From positions 155,496,001 to 155,560,000 of the forward strand of contig NC_086098.1 of the NCBI RefSeq assembly GCF_963921235.1: 64,000 bases of DNA, written 5' to 3'. Made by a program: the position numbers and the translations under genes. The notes under the pieces were generated by a model. The model saw only the letters and a list, made by a program, of their open reading frames with translations. It was not told where the DNA came from and made no database searches. This DNA is from Mobula hypostoma (taxonomy: Eukaryota). Below are positions 27,541 through 39,428 of the stretch, piece after piece (position 1 is the first letter of the stretch; each line of letters begins with the position of its first letter).

Positions 27541-29037
27541 CTCTTGTTAAGCTCCTGTGATTTTATTGTGCTCCCACGTTACCCGCCAAGTTCAATCAAT
27601 CAATCTGAGATCACACGGGGAGGCTTATCCGAAATAGCTGTTTATTAAAACAGTTTAATTGCAAACAGTCATCATACCACAGGCAAATTTCCTGTAGATT
27701 ATATCAGGAAAAGCACGACATTAGTAGAGAAGTGAGTCAATTATAGAGGGTATACAAAAATGCAAAATGTACCGTTGATGCACAGTATGTGCTTGAGGAC
27801 ACTGAACTAGACGAAGAACTGTTTGTGTCATTACCCTTCCACTCAATTCAAGGGAACTTGGACACATGTTTCACGTATTCTTAGAATTGGAAAAAATCAC
27901 TTCAGAATAACCTGACGGAAGATCTCAAAATTACTGTTTTCTTGCTTCTAAGCTCACTTATAACCACATTGAACCCATTTGCACGCTACAAATGAGGCAC
28001 CCAAACGAACGGCTCGTGTCTGCCCCTCTGGGGCCGGGCCATGCCACAGGAAACCGCAACAAAAGTGAGGTGTATAGGGTAAGACGGGGGGATAGCAACT
28101 CTAGTAGAGAACTTGTCTTGTCCATTCTGGGGCAGCTCACTCATCTTTCGCCCTACGGGATATCAGCTCCCAGGTGTGGCTCCAAGTAGCTGTTTGCATA
28201 CAACAGTGGGGCACCCCGGTACACCGCTTCGACAGTAGGGCTAAACCAGGTGAGGGTAGCTGGTGGGCCTCATAGCCCGGTGAGACAGGGATCTGTCTGT
28301 CCTAGCACGTGAAGTCAGCTCCAGCGGATTTAACTCTCTTCCTCTGCTGCGTTTTTCCTCCATTCTCTGTTTTCCAGCAGTAAAGGTGAACAAGGCAAGG
28401 GAGAGAAATGGAAATCCTGTCGGGAGGAGGAGCGGAGCTCCTTCAAGATGAAAGCTCCCAGAGGAGAAGTGCTGGTGAAGTGAATAGTGATGCAAAGTAA
28501 AGTATTGCCCAGCAGTTCAGGCAGCACCTGTGGAGAGAGAAACAGAGTTAAAAGCTTTGGCTTGATGATATTTTGTCCAACACACAGCTCAGGGCTACAT
28601 ATGAAAAAAAAAAGCGCAGATAGATCAATGTCAGGATGTAGTTACAGAACTGATTGAACATTTCTGTTCGGACAGTTAGGCAGCGATTCAGAGACAGCGG
28701 TGGGGGGATGGTGGTGAGGACTGGGGGTGTGGTAAATATGTGACTGGGATAATGTTGCTGACGGCCAGCAGACATTATGAGAATTAGAAAAGGCCTTGGC
28801 TACACCCTTGGACAACACGAGGAGTAGAAGGGAGCGAGCGGAGAAAAACCTGCCGTGGTGATTCTAAGGCCGTGATTGAATAAACCACGGACAAAATCCA
28901 GCGTGTCCAGTGCCGTGCGGTTTGAATTTCGACCAGAAGATGGTGTGGAAGGTTGAAAATAGGCCGAGGGAGCTGATCCTCTCCCCCTCCCCCTCCCCCT
29001 CCCACTTTCAAATCTCTTACTAACTCTTCCTTCAGTT

Positions 29038-29072
29038 AGTCCTGACGAAGGGTTCGGCCTGAAACGTCGACT
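29038..29072 (+). ncRNA. Minimal type I hammerhead ribozyme motif in a Penelope-derived terminal repeat
   Basis: AGTC-CTGACGA-AGG gttcgg CCT-GAAA-CGTC-GACT: intact CUGANGA and GAAA cores, 3-bp helix II, palindromic ACGU helix III, AGUC/GACU helix I. Confidence 0.65.
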
Positions 29073-32000
29073 GCACCTCTTCCTAGATATGCTGCCTGGC
29101 CTGCTGCATTCACCAGCAACTTTGATGTGTGTTGCTTGAATTTCCAGCATCTGCAGAATTCCTGTTGTTCGAGGGAGATGATGGATACATTGCCCGTGAA
29201 AGTATCACGTTGCATGTCATTGGCGACTTCGGTCAGAGCTGCTTCGAGGAAAAAGTATGGAGAAGGGTTGATGCCGCCGGGGCGTTGTGACTGGAATGTT
29301 ATTGATATAGAGTTACAGGTTTGGAAGGTTATTTGTAGGAGGTCTTAATGGGGGAAAAGGGATTGTTAGTTTACGAGGATGGAAGATCAGAATGTGTGTG
29401 TTCATGAATACGGAACTCGGGACCGTAAAGAACACCCCCCCCCCCACTGCAAGGTGAGTATAGCCATTGAGCGCTGATCTGAACAATACGCAAATAAATA
29501 CAGATGAGCAACCAACCATATGCCTGCCTAGCTTTTCCTCTATCCCACCTATCTTCTGAGGTGTACCGGAGAAGCGATGACTTTAACAGCAAAATTTCAG
29601 AAAGCATCGGCCATTAGGCGAATGGTCATGCAGTATTGAAACGCTTACCTCCGCCAGCGAATAAGTCTCTACCATAACAATAAAGGGAAAATAATGACCG
29701 AGTGAACCGTAGGAAGAACAGATTACTCAGTCCATCTGGAACACTCCCCTATCTAAGCGGGGCATCATGCACTAGTTAATTTAACAGCACTCTTAACAAC
29801 AGTACTCACCCAACAGCAGTTGTACCAAGTAGGGAGATAAATGGCGAAGCAACAACACGTCATGAAACAAAGTAACAAACACACAACAGGCCTGTGCAGC
29901 ACACAGAAATCTAGGGGCAAATTCAACTTAGGCCCACCCTTCCAAAACTAAAAAAAAAATTGGACGAACCCCCATTATGTTACAACGTCAGCTCTCCAGA
30001 AGTAACAGGAAGGAGTCAGGCCACAAAAGGAATATCAAGCAAAAGACATTTATTAAATTAAAGTTAAGGTAATGGGGAAACGGGTGATATGTGGTGTGGT
30101 AGTACTGGCTGAAGAATGAGAGTGAGAGAAAGAAAGAAAGAAGGCGGCCTTGTTTTTAAGTAGTCCAAACGGGTGCCGGCGATGGAAGGGTACTTGCAGG
30201 TCTCCCCGGGAACTGCAACACAGGATAAAGAGGAAAGACAGGCCAAGAAATGTTCAGGAGCAGGGAGATGGACGGGCCGAACAATGATGGAACTGTGAAG
30301 AAGCTGCTCGCTGCCGCTTGGCACCAGACTTTCAAACTGCGGCAGGGTTAATGAATGTGGATTAAAAAATTATGAGCAATTTTGCAGGGAGAAAAATCCA
30401 AGCATGTTACTGTGACTAAATGGTTTGAGTTATCAGGACAGAATGGATAGGCTGGGACTGTTTTTCTCAGAAGCCGAAGGGTTTATAAATTCACGAGGGC
30501 CATAGATAAGGTAACCATAAGAGATTCTGTAAATGCTGGAAATCCAGAGTAATACAGAAAATTCTGAAGAAACTCAGCAGGTCAGGCGGTATCTATGGAG
30601 TAGAATAAACAGTCGACATTTCGGGTTTCAGGACTGAAAAGGAAATGGGAAGAAGTCAGAATAAGAATTCGGGTTGAGGTGATATGTAGAAAACTCAAAA
30701 GAGTGAACAAGAAGGAACCTATTAGAAGAGGAGAATGGGTCATGGGAGAAAAGGAAAGAGGAAAGGCACCAGAGTGAAGAGATAGGTAGGTGAGGTGAAG
30801 AGAAGGGGCAGACATCTGTGTTTCAAGGAAAGTGGTACATGCAGGTACATAGATAGGGTAAATTATTACAGTCTTTTTCCGACGGTTACTGAGTCTAAAC
30901 CTATAAGGTGCAGACTTAATATGAGAGGGGGAAGATTTAAATGCGACTCCAGTGGTACCCTTTTCCACTCATTGATGGATATGTGGAATAGTCGGTCAGA
31001 AGAACTGCGAGAAGCGGGTACAATTATAATAACTCAAAGACACAGACAGATTCATAGATAGAAAGTGTTTAGAGGAATATAGGACACAGGTAGAAAACAA
31101 TGGCCGAGCTCGGGTGAGCACCATGGTCAATGTGGACAAGCTGGGCCGTACGGCCTGTTTCCTTGCTGTATGAGAATAACTTCGTGTGATAGTAATACGT
31201 CTAGAGGAATAAATGTTTGCGGCCATACGTTTTGACCCCAAACGTTATGTTGCCAGGTTTAAATGCATCTCCTTTGGTTAAAAAGGGGGTTAGAGTGAAA
31301 GAGAACAAACTTCCTGGTCGTATTCTATCCCGGACAAAGAAAAAAAAATCTGCTGATGGAATATGCTATGAGTCGGATCCTCACGGAAACTGGAGCTTCA
31401 GATGTAAAGGATGAGCAAAATGTAAAAAGTAAGGTGATTTAGTACAATCCAATATTTAGGGAGAAGCATGGTAGAAGAGCCTCTCGGAAGAATCTATCTG
31501 GATTCAAAATATGATTTATTCTCTTTAGGTGCAAAGAAAACAACTGTTAATTACATAAAATTGCAACAATTATATTTGCATAGTTTACTTCAGTATTGTA
31601 GGTGTGGTCAAGTAGTTCCACAGAGTTACATATTTTCAATGGAAATACATCTCAATTGACAGGCACGTCTGAACATTCAAACAATCTTTGGCAAGCCAGA
31701 ATCCATTTAACGATGTATTAAGGATGGCTCTCTGGAAATACTGTACATACGTCCCAAATTTGTCCATGACCACGTTCTCATGATAGCACATGCACTCTAA
31801 ACCGGGCAGCATCTCAGTAAACTTCCGCACCCTCTCCGAAGTCTGAACATCCTTCCCATAGTTGTAAATATGAGACAAAAGTCCGGTCTTAAACTAGTCA
31901 TAGTGCCTTTCTAACTACTTGCTTTACATATACTTCAACTTTCAGTCATCCTAAGGTGTTTCTAAACACTGACAACTTTGTCTCGCACCCCTTAAAGCAC

Positions 32001-32110
32001 ACTTATTTTGTTTTTAACCGAGATTCGTGACCTCACATTTTTCATGCCAAAGGTTTCCATCCACAGCCTAGATGTATTCACCCACACTGCTCTTAGAATC
32101 ATACTGGCAA

Positions 32111-32980
32111 CCTGAGTTCCCGCTAAGCTGTGCGCGTGTGCGCGCGCACACGCGGTTTTCAACCGGCGCACAAAGGAAATTAATGTGCGCACAAAAGGTT
32201 AGCTACCTAAAATAATGTAGTAATTAATAATTATACTTATTGAACATAATCTTTTAGCTAAATGTTTCTGTTAACTAGTTTGTCGGTTTTTCAAGTACCA
32301 CAATGCACGTCACCTTACATTTCCTGTTCCGGTTTGTACAGCTGCATCACGGCGGGGACTATTTTTAGCGGACAGTGTTCGTACAGTAAAGTTTACAAAG
32401 ATCTGTTTCAAATCCTGCAGATAGCTTACTAAGTTTTAATTGAAAAAAAATTCACTATGTCGAATTCAAAAGAAGCGAAGGGCGTGAAGCGGAAAAGAAC
32501 TTTACAGGTTTTAAGTAATGTCTTTGATGAGCATCACTTTGAAGTAGCTTTACAGGTTTTTAGTGATATCTTTGACGAACTGGCTGCACTGTGCAAGATT
32601 CTGCAAAAAAGTGGCCTCACACCGATTGATTCACTTCATTTTGCGCGAGGCAAAATTAACAAGAAAACAAAGCAGTATCTGGGAGACAATGTTTCGTAGA
32701 GTGACAAAGTTCAAAAGTTTTGCTAAGCCAACAACGTGAAGAAAACATCACAGTAAATACAAGTTCACTGTTGACTTTTATAAATAGTCTTTGTGTTCAT
32801 TTAGAAGAAAAGTTTCCTGAAGATGAGGTACAAGAATGGTCAGTTTTTGATTTCTCTGCAATTGCAGATTGTGACTTCACATTTATCGATGAACAAGTTA
32901 ATGCCTTATGTCTTAAATATCATTATTTTCTAGCTGAAAATACTGTAATAGTTTGCACAGTAGCAACCATCGTTTCATGA
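32111..32980 (+). mobile_element. Internally deleted hAT transposase relic (ZNF862/PRKRIR-like C-terminal half)
   Basis: Frames reading DIFDELAALCKILQK and LEEKFPEDEVQEWSVFDFSAI. A GC-rich left subterminal region starts near 32111. No right end identified. Confidence 0.5.
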
Positions 32981-34029
32981 TCCCTAAAATATTATACAAC
33001 GTCTCCTCATCTAAATCGTTAATGTGGATTTTGAATGGCCGGGGTTGCAGTCCGATTCCTGAGGCGCCTGACTAGAGAGATCTTGCAACCGAAGTAACCT
33101 TTTAATCCTATTTTCTATTTTCCTGATGTTAACATGCCGCCGTAGCATCGTTGTTATTGCGACACTGTTACAGCTCAGTGCGTTCCGGACTTTGGAGTTC
33201 AACTCCAGTGCCGTCTGTCAGGAGCTTGTACGTTCTCCCCGTTAACCGGGTGGGTTTCCTCTGGATGTTCCAGTTTCCACCCACCGTCGAAAGACATACA
33301 AGTTAGTAGGTCAATTGGTCATTGTAAATTGCCCCGTGGTTAAGGTAGGATTAAATGCATGGGTCGCTGGGTGGTGAGGCTCATTTGGCCGGAGGGGCCT
33401 GTTCCACGCTGAATTCCTAAATAAATAGATACCCAATCTTCACTTCAGTCAGGATATTATTCCTGTTACGGGTATTTTAATTCTTGCTTAATAATCTCTT
33501 GTTATGCAACTTTTCAAAAGTCCGAACACATCACATCCATCGATTCTGTCCTTTGTGTTCCGTTTGTAGAATACTTGACAAAACTCTAATAGATCTGTCA
33601 AACATCAGTTCCCTTTCGTAAACTTATGCCCATTCTGCGATAAACCCATTATTGTTTTCTAGCTGTCTTCAAAATCGAATGTAATTAAATTTTTCCTCTC
33701 CTGTTGCCATTTGCCAGTTTCCCTCCTCTTCTGATTTAGGGTTCTAGTCACTATCTTCGCTTTTTGATTTTTGGGAATGTTAGAAAATGCACAGCTTCAG
33801 CAAACACTCTCTCCATCGTCAACTCTTTCAAAAGACGGAGGTGCAGATCAGCAGGTCATGGGAATTTATTTTATTCCCATTCCGTTAATTCGTCAAATAC
33901 TACGACATTTCAGGGCCAGTATGTTCCTGCATTTAAGCTAGGTGCAACAGATGTAAGGATTTGGAGGGATTTCGAGAGTTGGATAAAGACAAAAAAGGAA
34001 GTTAGTGCCACGTATAGACAGGAGAAGTC

Positions 34030-35160
34030 CAGCAGGAGTTTACAAAGTGCGGGGTGCACTTAAAAGGAAATTTGGAAACAAAAGAGGATGCACGAAAAAT
34101 ATATTGATCTGATATGATGAAACGGAAGACATTTTAATTAAGAAAAAAAGAATAACCAGAAAAAGAGTAGTACATCTAGAGACCATCGTGATAATTTGTG
34201 CGTGAAACCAGAACGTATCGGCTAGGTCCGAAATTAATACTTCCCATTGGTATTGGCTAAAGATAGGAATTTATAGATGGCGACAGCATGGAAGAGGTTT
34301 ATGAAAGTCCAGTGCAGGTTTCCATTAAAATAGGGGAGACACTTAAAGCTTTAGTGGGATTACAGGTGAATAAATTCCCAGGGCTGTAAGCGATTTATCC
34401 CAGGCTGCTATGGATAGGGGCAAGGAAGGTGATTGCTAGGGATCTAGCTGAGATTTTTAAACATTAGCTGGTCGCAGTTCAAGTACCCGATGATCAGCTG
34501 ACTGGGATATGGCAAAAAGGTCTGTTTGTAATAATGAGAGTAGGAAAATGCATACTAAACACAGACCCTTGAGCCTGTTATCCATGGCTGTGAATCTATT
34601 GGTAAGCATTTTGAGAGTCGGACTTCATAATCACTTAGAAAGGTAGGAACGAATCAATGATATTCATATATGTCAAGAGAAAATCTCGACTAACCAATCT
34701 GTTAGAAAAATTTTAAGACATAATAAAGTGTACTGATGAGGACAGGGCAGTAGATTTGGTTCAAAGATAACACTACCTCTTTGGTAAGGTCACGCACGGA
34801 AATGGCTAAAAAGATAAGGCTCTAGTTGGCAAATTGGATCCAATTACAACGGCAATGGGAGATAGGGGAGGGTGGTAGAGGATTGCTTTTGTGGCTGGAT
34901 GCCTGTGAATAGTAGTGTTCCACGGGGATTGGGCTGGGACTATACGTGAATGACTTGGATGCGACTGAGAAGGCGTGAACAATATGTTAGCAGATGGCGC
35001 GAAGGCTGGTTGAGTTGTTGATGTGGCTAGTGGGAGTGGTGGTAACCCCAGGCTGCTATGGTCTATTAAATGGCAAATGGAGTTAAATTCTGATACATAC
35101 GGTGTGATGCATTCAGGAGGACCAATCATGCTATGGGGATATTGAGAAACAGTAACTTAG
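34030..35160 (+). mobile_element. Old, highly degraded CR1 ORF2 fragment
   Basis: Residual KSPG..IYPRLL, TNL.E.F, SVP.G and WQMELNSD motifs. Confidence 0.6.
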
Positions 35161-36766
35161 TGCCCAAGTGCAAAGATCATTGAAGGTTTCAGCACAGGCA
35201 GGTAGAGAGAGAGAGAGAGAGAGAGCGATTAGAGATTATCGTTATTTGCACCAAGCATAACGAAACATGCGAAAAGCGTCGTTTTTGCATCAACGACCAC
35301 CACAGTCCGAATATGTGTTGGGGGAGGGGGGTGGAAGTGTCAGGACACTTCTAGCGCTAGCATAGCATGCCCACAACTAACTGAACTTAACCAGTATGTC
35401 TTTGGAATGTCCTAGGTAACCAGAGCACCCGGAGGAAGCCCACGCGTTCACGTGGGGGGGGGGGGTGGGCGTAAAAATTCCTTACAGACAGAACCCCGAT
35501 CGCTGATCGCTGGTCGCTGGTGCTGTAAAGTGTTACGCTAACTGCTGCGCTACAGTGCGGGCCTAATAATGACCTTGGTAAAAAAAGGCATATGAGGTAG
35601 TAGACTTCATTATTCGGGGACATCAAATGCAAGAGCAAAGAGGTCCTGCTCCAACATTAAATATTGTGTCAGATCGCAGCTGGAGTACTGCATGCAGTTC
35701 TGGTTATCATGAAATAGAACAAACGGGGCAGTGCTGGCGAGGTTGCAGAGAACAGTCGCTAAGATTTTGCTCGACATGGAACGTTTTAATCATGTGGAAA
35801 ATATGGACAGGCTGGGTCGTTTTCTCTGGAGCAGAGCAGGTTAAAGGGACATATAACTGAGGGGTGTAGAACTTTGAGAATGTGCCTCCTCCCCCGCCTC
35901 CCCACAATTTTCTCCTCGGCTCTGCGGGAAGGAATGAGCGAAACGCAGACAAGTGGCTCCTGGCGACAGAACTGTGCATCGCCATCAAACTTCTGAAGTA
36001 TTTCAGGGGTATGAAATAGACAGGGCAGCCAAGGTTTTCTACCCAAACGTCTGAAAAGTTCGGGTTGAAAAATATTTACTTCTAATTCATATGAACCACA
36101 GGTCTGGAAAGTCGATCAATGTTGAACGAAGTAATATTGAAACAAAAAAAAGACATCAAGGTGTAATGATACAGCCCTGTTTGACTCCAGTATTGAACAG
36201 TGACAGGTTCTGAATCGGCGCCAATAACCACAGCTTTAAATCTAATCTTCCACATGATCCGTGGTGCATTTGACGATAGACTCAAAAGAATAGCGCCGGT
36301 TCGTTATAGGGTTCCGCCGCGATGTGAAGGCGGATCGCTGGATTCATAGTACAGAGTGCAGGGGAGAAAACTCGGCGGGTGAGATGGAGCGAAATGGGCA
36401 GTCGACGTTTGGGTTCGAGACCCTACAATTTGATTGCTACCATTTGACTCCACTGACCCCCTGAGTTCACCCAGTAATTTGTTTCTTTTTGTTCCAGATT
36501 CCGGCATTTTCAGTCTCTGTCTCAGAAATAATCTTAACATTTTAAGGGATAGTGGTCCTTTGGTAGAACTATATAACGGCTAGCCTCGCAACCGTTGAGT
36601 TGATTAAAGAATAACAACAACGTAATAGCTCACGAAATGTGATTATATTGTACAACGTGAACGAGTGGCATGCTTATGACATCAAACATGTTTACAGCGA
36701 AAGGAAAAAAACGAAGAGTCCCGACTTTTGTTCGATAACGACTGAAAGCATCTATTGAGAATAATG

Positions 36767-36772
36767 TTTAAT
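36767..36772 (-). terminator. Candidate polyA signal ATTAAA of the Ig light chain
   Basis: TTTAAT on + strand about 30 nt past the C-exon stop. No closer AATAAA seen. Confidence 0.5.
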
Positions 36773-36800
36773 CGTCGCCGATGGTAAATAACAGCGGCCA

Positions 36801-37135
36801 CTAAGATGGCGTACACTCCGATCTCCGGATGCTTCGCTTCAACTGAGACACGAGAGACGCGTGTGTAACCCCGCAAGTGTACACTTCGTGTGAGTTCCAC
36901 TCGGAGGCGGTCAGGGTGAGGTAACTGCTCAGTCTGTAGGTCTGGTCGGTGTCCTTCACTGCTCGAGATGTCTTAACACCTGCGTTGACCACCATGCCGT
37001 CGGTGCTCCAGGAGACCGTCACCCCTTCAGGGTAAAAATTATTGACTAGGCACACCAGAGTCGCCATCTTTCCTTTAGTGATCTGATCGGACGCCGGCAG
37101 GAGAAGGGAGACCTTAGGGCTGGACAATTCTTGGG
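36801..37135 (-). CDS. IGLC: Ig light-chain constant exon, lambda/type II-like (SQELSSPKVSLLLPASDQITKGKMATLVCLV...SSYLTLTASEWNSHEVYTCGVTH...RSECTPS*)
   Basis: (T)n-tacAG acceptor, phase 1 matching J. C1-set Cys-Trp-Cys, terminal interchain Cys, no transmembrane segment. SDQIT..MATLVCLV and ASEWNSHE match recalled shark type II (lambda) C regions. Confidence 0.95.
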
Positions 37136-37719
37136 CTGTAAAAAAAAAGAGATTTGGAGGAACTAGATAATGAGGGTGTTCATTTGAAACGGAAAGAAAA
37201 GAATTGTTTGAGAGGAGATCCTTAGCATTTACCAATGCCCCGGGACCGACGGTGGAATATTCTCTAAATAATTTGTTAATGTACCTAAGATTTTGGGTAT
37301 GAAGTACATTGACAGAGTTTCCTTGGGGCACAGTTTAGAATTTTCCCAGAAAGTTAATATTCATTTACATCACCATGTAACTACAGTCTTGCTGAGATTT
37401 GCTTCCCGACAATCGGTCACCATAAATGTACAATAGCGGACTGTAACGAACGAAGAAAAGATAACCAACATATAAAACGTCCGGTATGGTAATCGGGCCG
37501 GCATTATAGCGCGGATAAATGGCCCGCTTTGGTCATTCCATTTAAAATTCTAGTTGTAATATAGATAAAAATTAAAATCTCATTCCACGTTCTCTCTGCT
37601 CCCATTCTGCTTGAAGTGCTTCCATAAAAAGGCCCCATAGACTATCTTGTCTGCCCTATGATAAACGATAAATAACTAGCTGTCTATTACGAAGATACAC
37701 AGCATTCCAGAATTCAGGG

Positions 37720-38420
37720 TTTCTTGAAAACTCAATCGTAATGCCTCCGCAGTCTTTTCAGCTATCTCCTTCATAACCCTGGGCTGTAGTCCATCTGGTC
37801 CAGGTGACTTATCTAACTTTAGACCTTTCAGCTTCAGTCTCCTTACTAATAACGAGTATAAACTCCTCTGGCCCCTGACACTGTTGCAGTTTTAGCATAC
37901 TGCTGGTATCTTCCACAGTAAAGGCTGACGCAAAATACTTATTAAGCATCATTTTCAAGCAGTCTAATATCCATTCTCGCCTTTCTTTTACTCTGCGTAC
38001 ATCTGAAAATACTTCCGGTATCCTCGGTATTTATTTTATTTGCGAGCTCACCTTTTTTCATCTTTTCTCACCTTGTGGCTTTTTGTAAATTGCCTTCTGT
38101 TGGGTTTTAAAAGTTTCCGAATCCGCCAAATTACTACTAACTTTGGCTGTATTTTATGCCTCTATTTTGCTTTTATGCTGTCCTTGACTTTTTTTGTCGG
38201 CCATTATCCTCCCTTTAGACTACTTTTTCATCTTTGAGATGTATCTATTCTGTGCTTTCCGAACTGCTCCCAGAAACTGCTTTTCTGCAGTCATTCCTGC
38301 TCCAATCAATGTTGGCCTGTTCCTCTATCATGCCTCTGTAAATGCTTTTACTTCATTGTAGTACTGATGTATCTGACTTGAACTTCTCCTTCTCAAACTG
38401 TATGGTGAATTTTATCTCTT
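37720..38420 (-). mobile_element. Degraded CR1 ORF2 fragments in the J-C intron
   Basis: Reverse complement resembles the CR1 linker (K.DKSPGPDG.QPRV) seen in the young CR1. Confidence 0.65.
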
Positions 38421-38834
38421 GCTATCTTACTCCTTTAAACAAAAAAGTGTATCGACCTCTACGGAGAAAGTGTGGATGAACCATGTTGACACTGAAGCTG
38501 AGTCTTCTTGCAGTGTCTAATACAGGAAAACAAAGTAGGACAGGTCGGGGGTTGGTGCGGGGGGAAGGAAGAAGAGTAATATTTAGCCTCTGCATCTCAG
38601 ATGGAGTCCCGAAGAGAAAGGTCTCAAAGTTAACGATTTTCATTGAGTAGTTCGAATGATTAAGACATAACCCATGGCGCTGGAAACCCATCAGGTTCTC
38701 CATCAAAACAACAAGATTTATATACAAGGGATACCTTTAAAAACGTCACCATATGCTACATATATGAAAAAAATATTAATCCACGGTACCAAATATTCAA
38801 TCGTACGTCTATCCGACGGATTAAGGTTACTTAC

Positions 38835-39194
38835 ATAACACCGTTAGCTTCGTTCCAGTTCCGAAGTTATATGTGTTACTGGAGCTTACCCACACACCGC
38901 AATAGTAGTTCGCTTCATCTTCTTTTTGAACCCCAGTGATGGTTAAATATCTGGAGTTGAGTGACGAGTCACTTCTACCGGAGAATCGATCTGGAGTACC
39001 TGATGCCCTGACTAGGTCTTGAGAATTATGGCGCAGGAGATACCGAGGAGGAGCATTTTCAGTCCTTTGCTGGTACCAGGTTATTAAAGCGTTTCCCATG
39101 ACGACGCCTTTCAAAGTACAGTAAATTTCGACGTTCCCTCCCGAGTCAGTAGAAACAGATAGTGGTTGGCTTAGAATAACTTGTGCCTTTGATT
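38835..39194 (-). CDS. IGLV: Germline-joined VJ exon of an Ig light chain (ESKA|QVILSQP...IYC...TWYQQ...YYCGVWVSSSNTYNFGTGTKLTVL)
   Basis: ttttAG acceptor and GTAAGT donor. 360-nt open frame with Cys23, Trp41, D..NYYC, an 11-aa CDR3 and FGTG. No heptamer/nonamer between V and J. Confidence 0.96.
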
Positions 39195-39303
39195 CTAAAA
39201 GGGAAGACAGGCAATTTTGAAATATCTCAGAATATTTAATATAGTGCTTTAACCTTAGTCACGGTGCGCTCAACAAGGAAGGAAAAGCTAACGACATACT
39301 TAC

Positions 39304-39352
39304 CTGAGACCAGAAGCACTATCAGAATGACAACACCAAGACGCTTACACAT
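39304..39352 (-). CDS. IGLV: Ig light-chain leader exon (MCKRLGVVILIVLLVS)
   Basis: ATG at 39352, hydrophobic signal peptide, phase-1 GTAAGT donor, 109-bp intron to the V exon. Confidence 0.93.
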
Positions 39353-39428
39353 GGCGAAGAATTTAATAAACCCAGAACTGCTCATGACACGCCTCGGAAA
39401 TTGATCGATTATCTGTGTCCCAATCTCC

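Noticed and set aside
31574-31581. Additional octamers (also 2430, 49267, 53953)
   Set aside because: No leader or V nearby, and a few 8-mer hits are expected by chance in 64 kb of AT-rich DNA.
36797-36811. CTCF-like CCACTAAGATGGCG at the C-exon stop codon
   Set aside because: One extra base breaks the core spacing, and the sequence is explained by coding constraints.
37136-37331. N-terminal extension of the 176-aa ORF (MPQGNSV...)
   Set aside because: Intronic read-through upstream of the C-exon acceptor.
36801-39194. T-cell receptor gamma or other IgSF identity
   Set aside because: The C exon ends in a stop with a terminal Cys and no connecting peptide or TM exon, the promoter has an octamer, and the C motifs are light-chain type.
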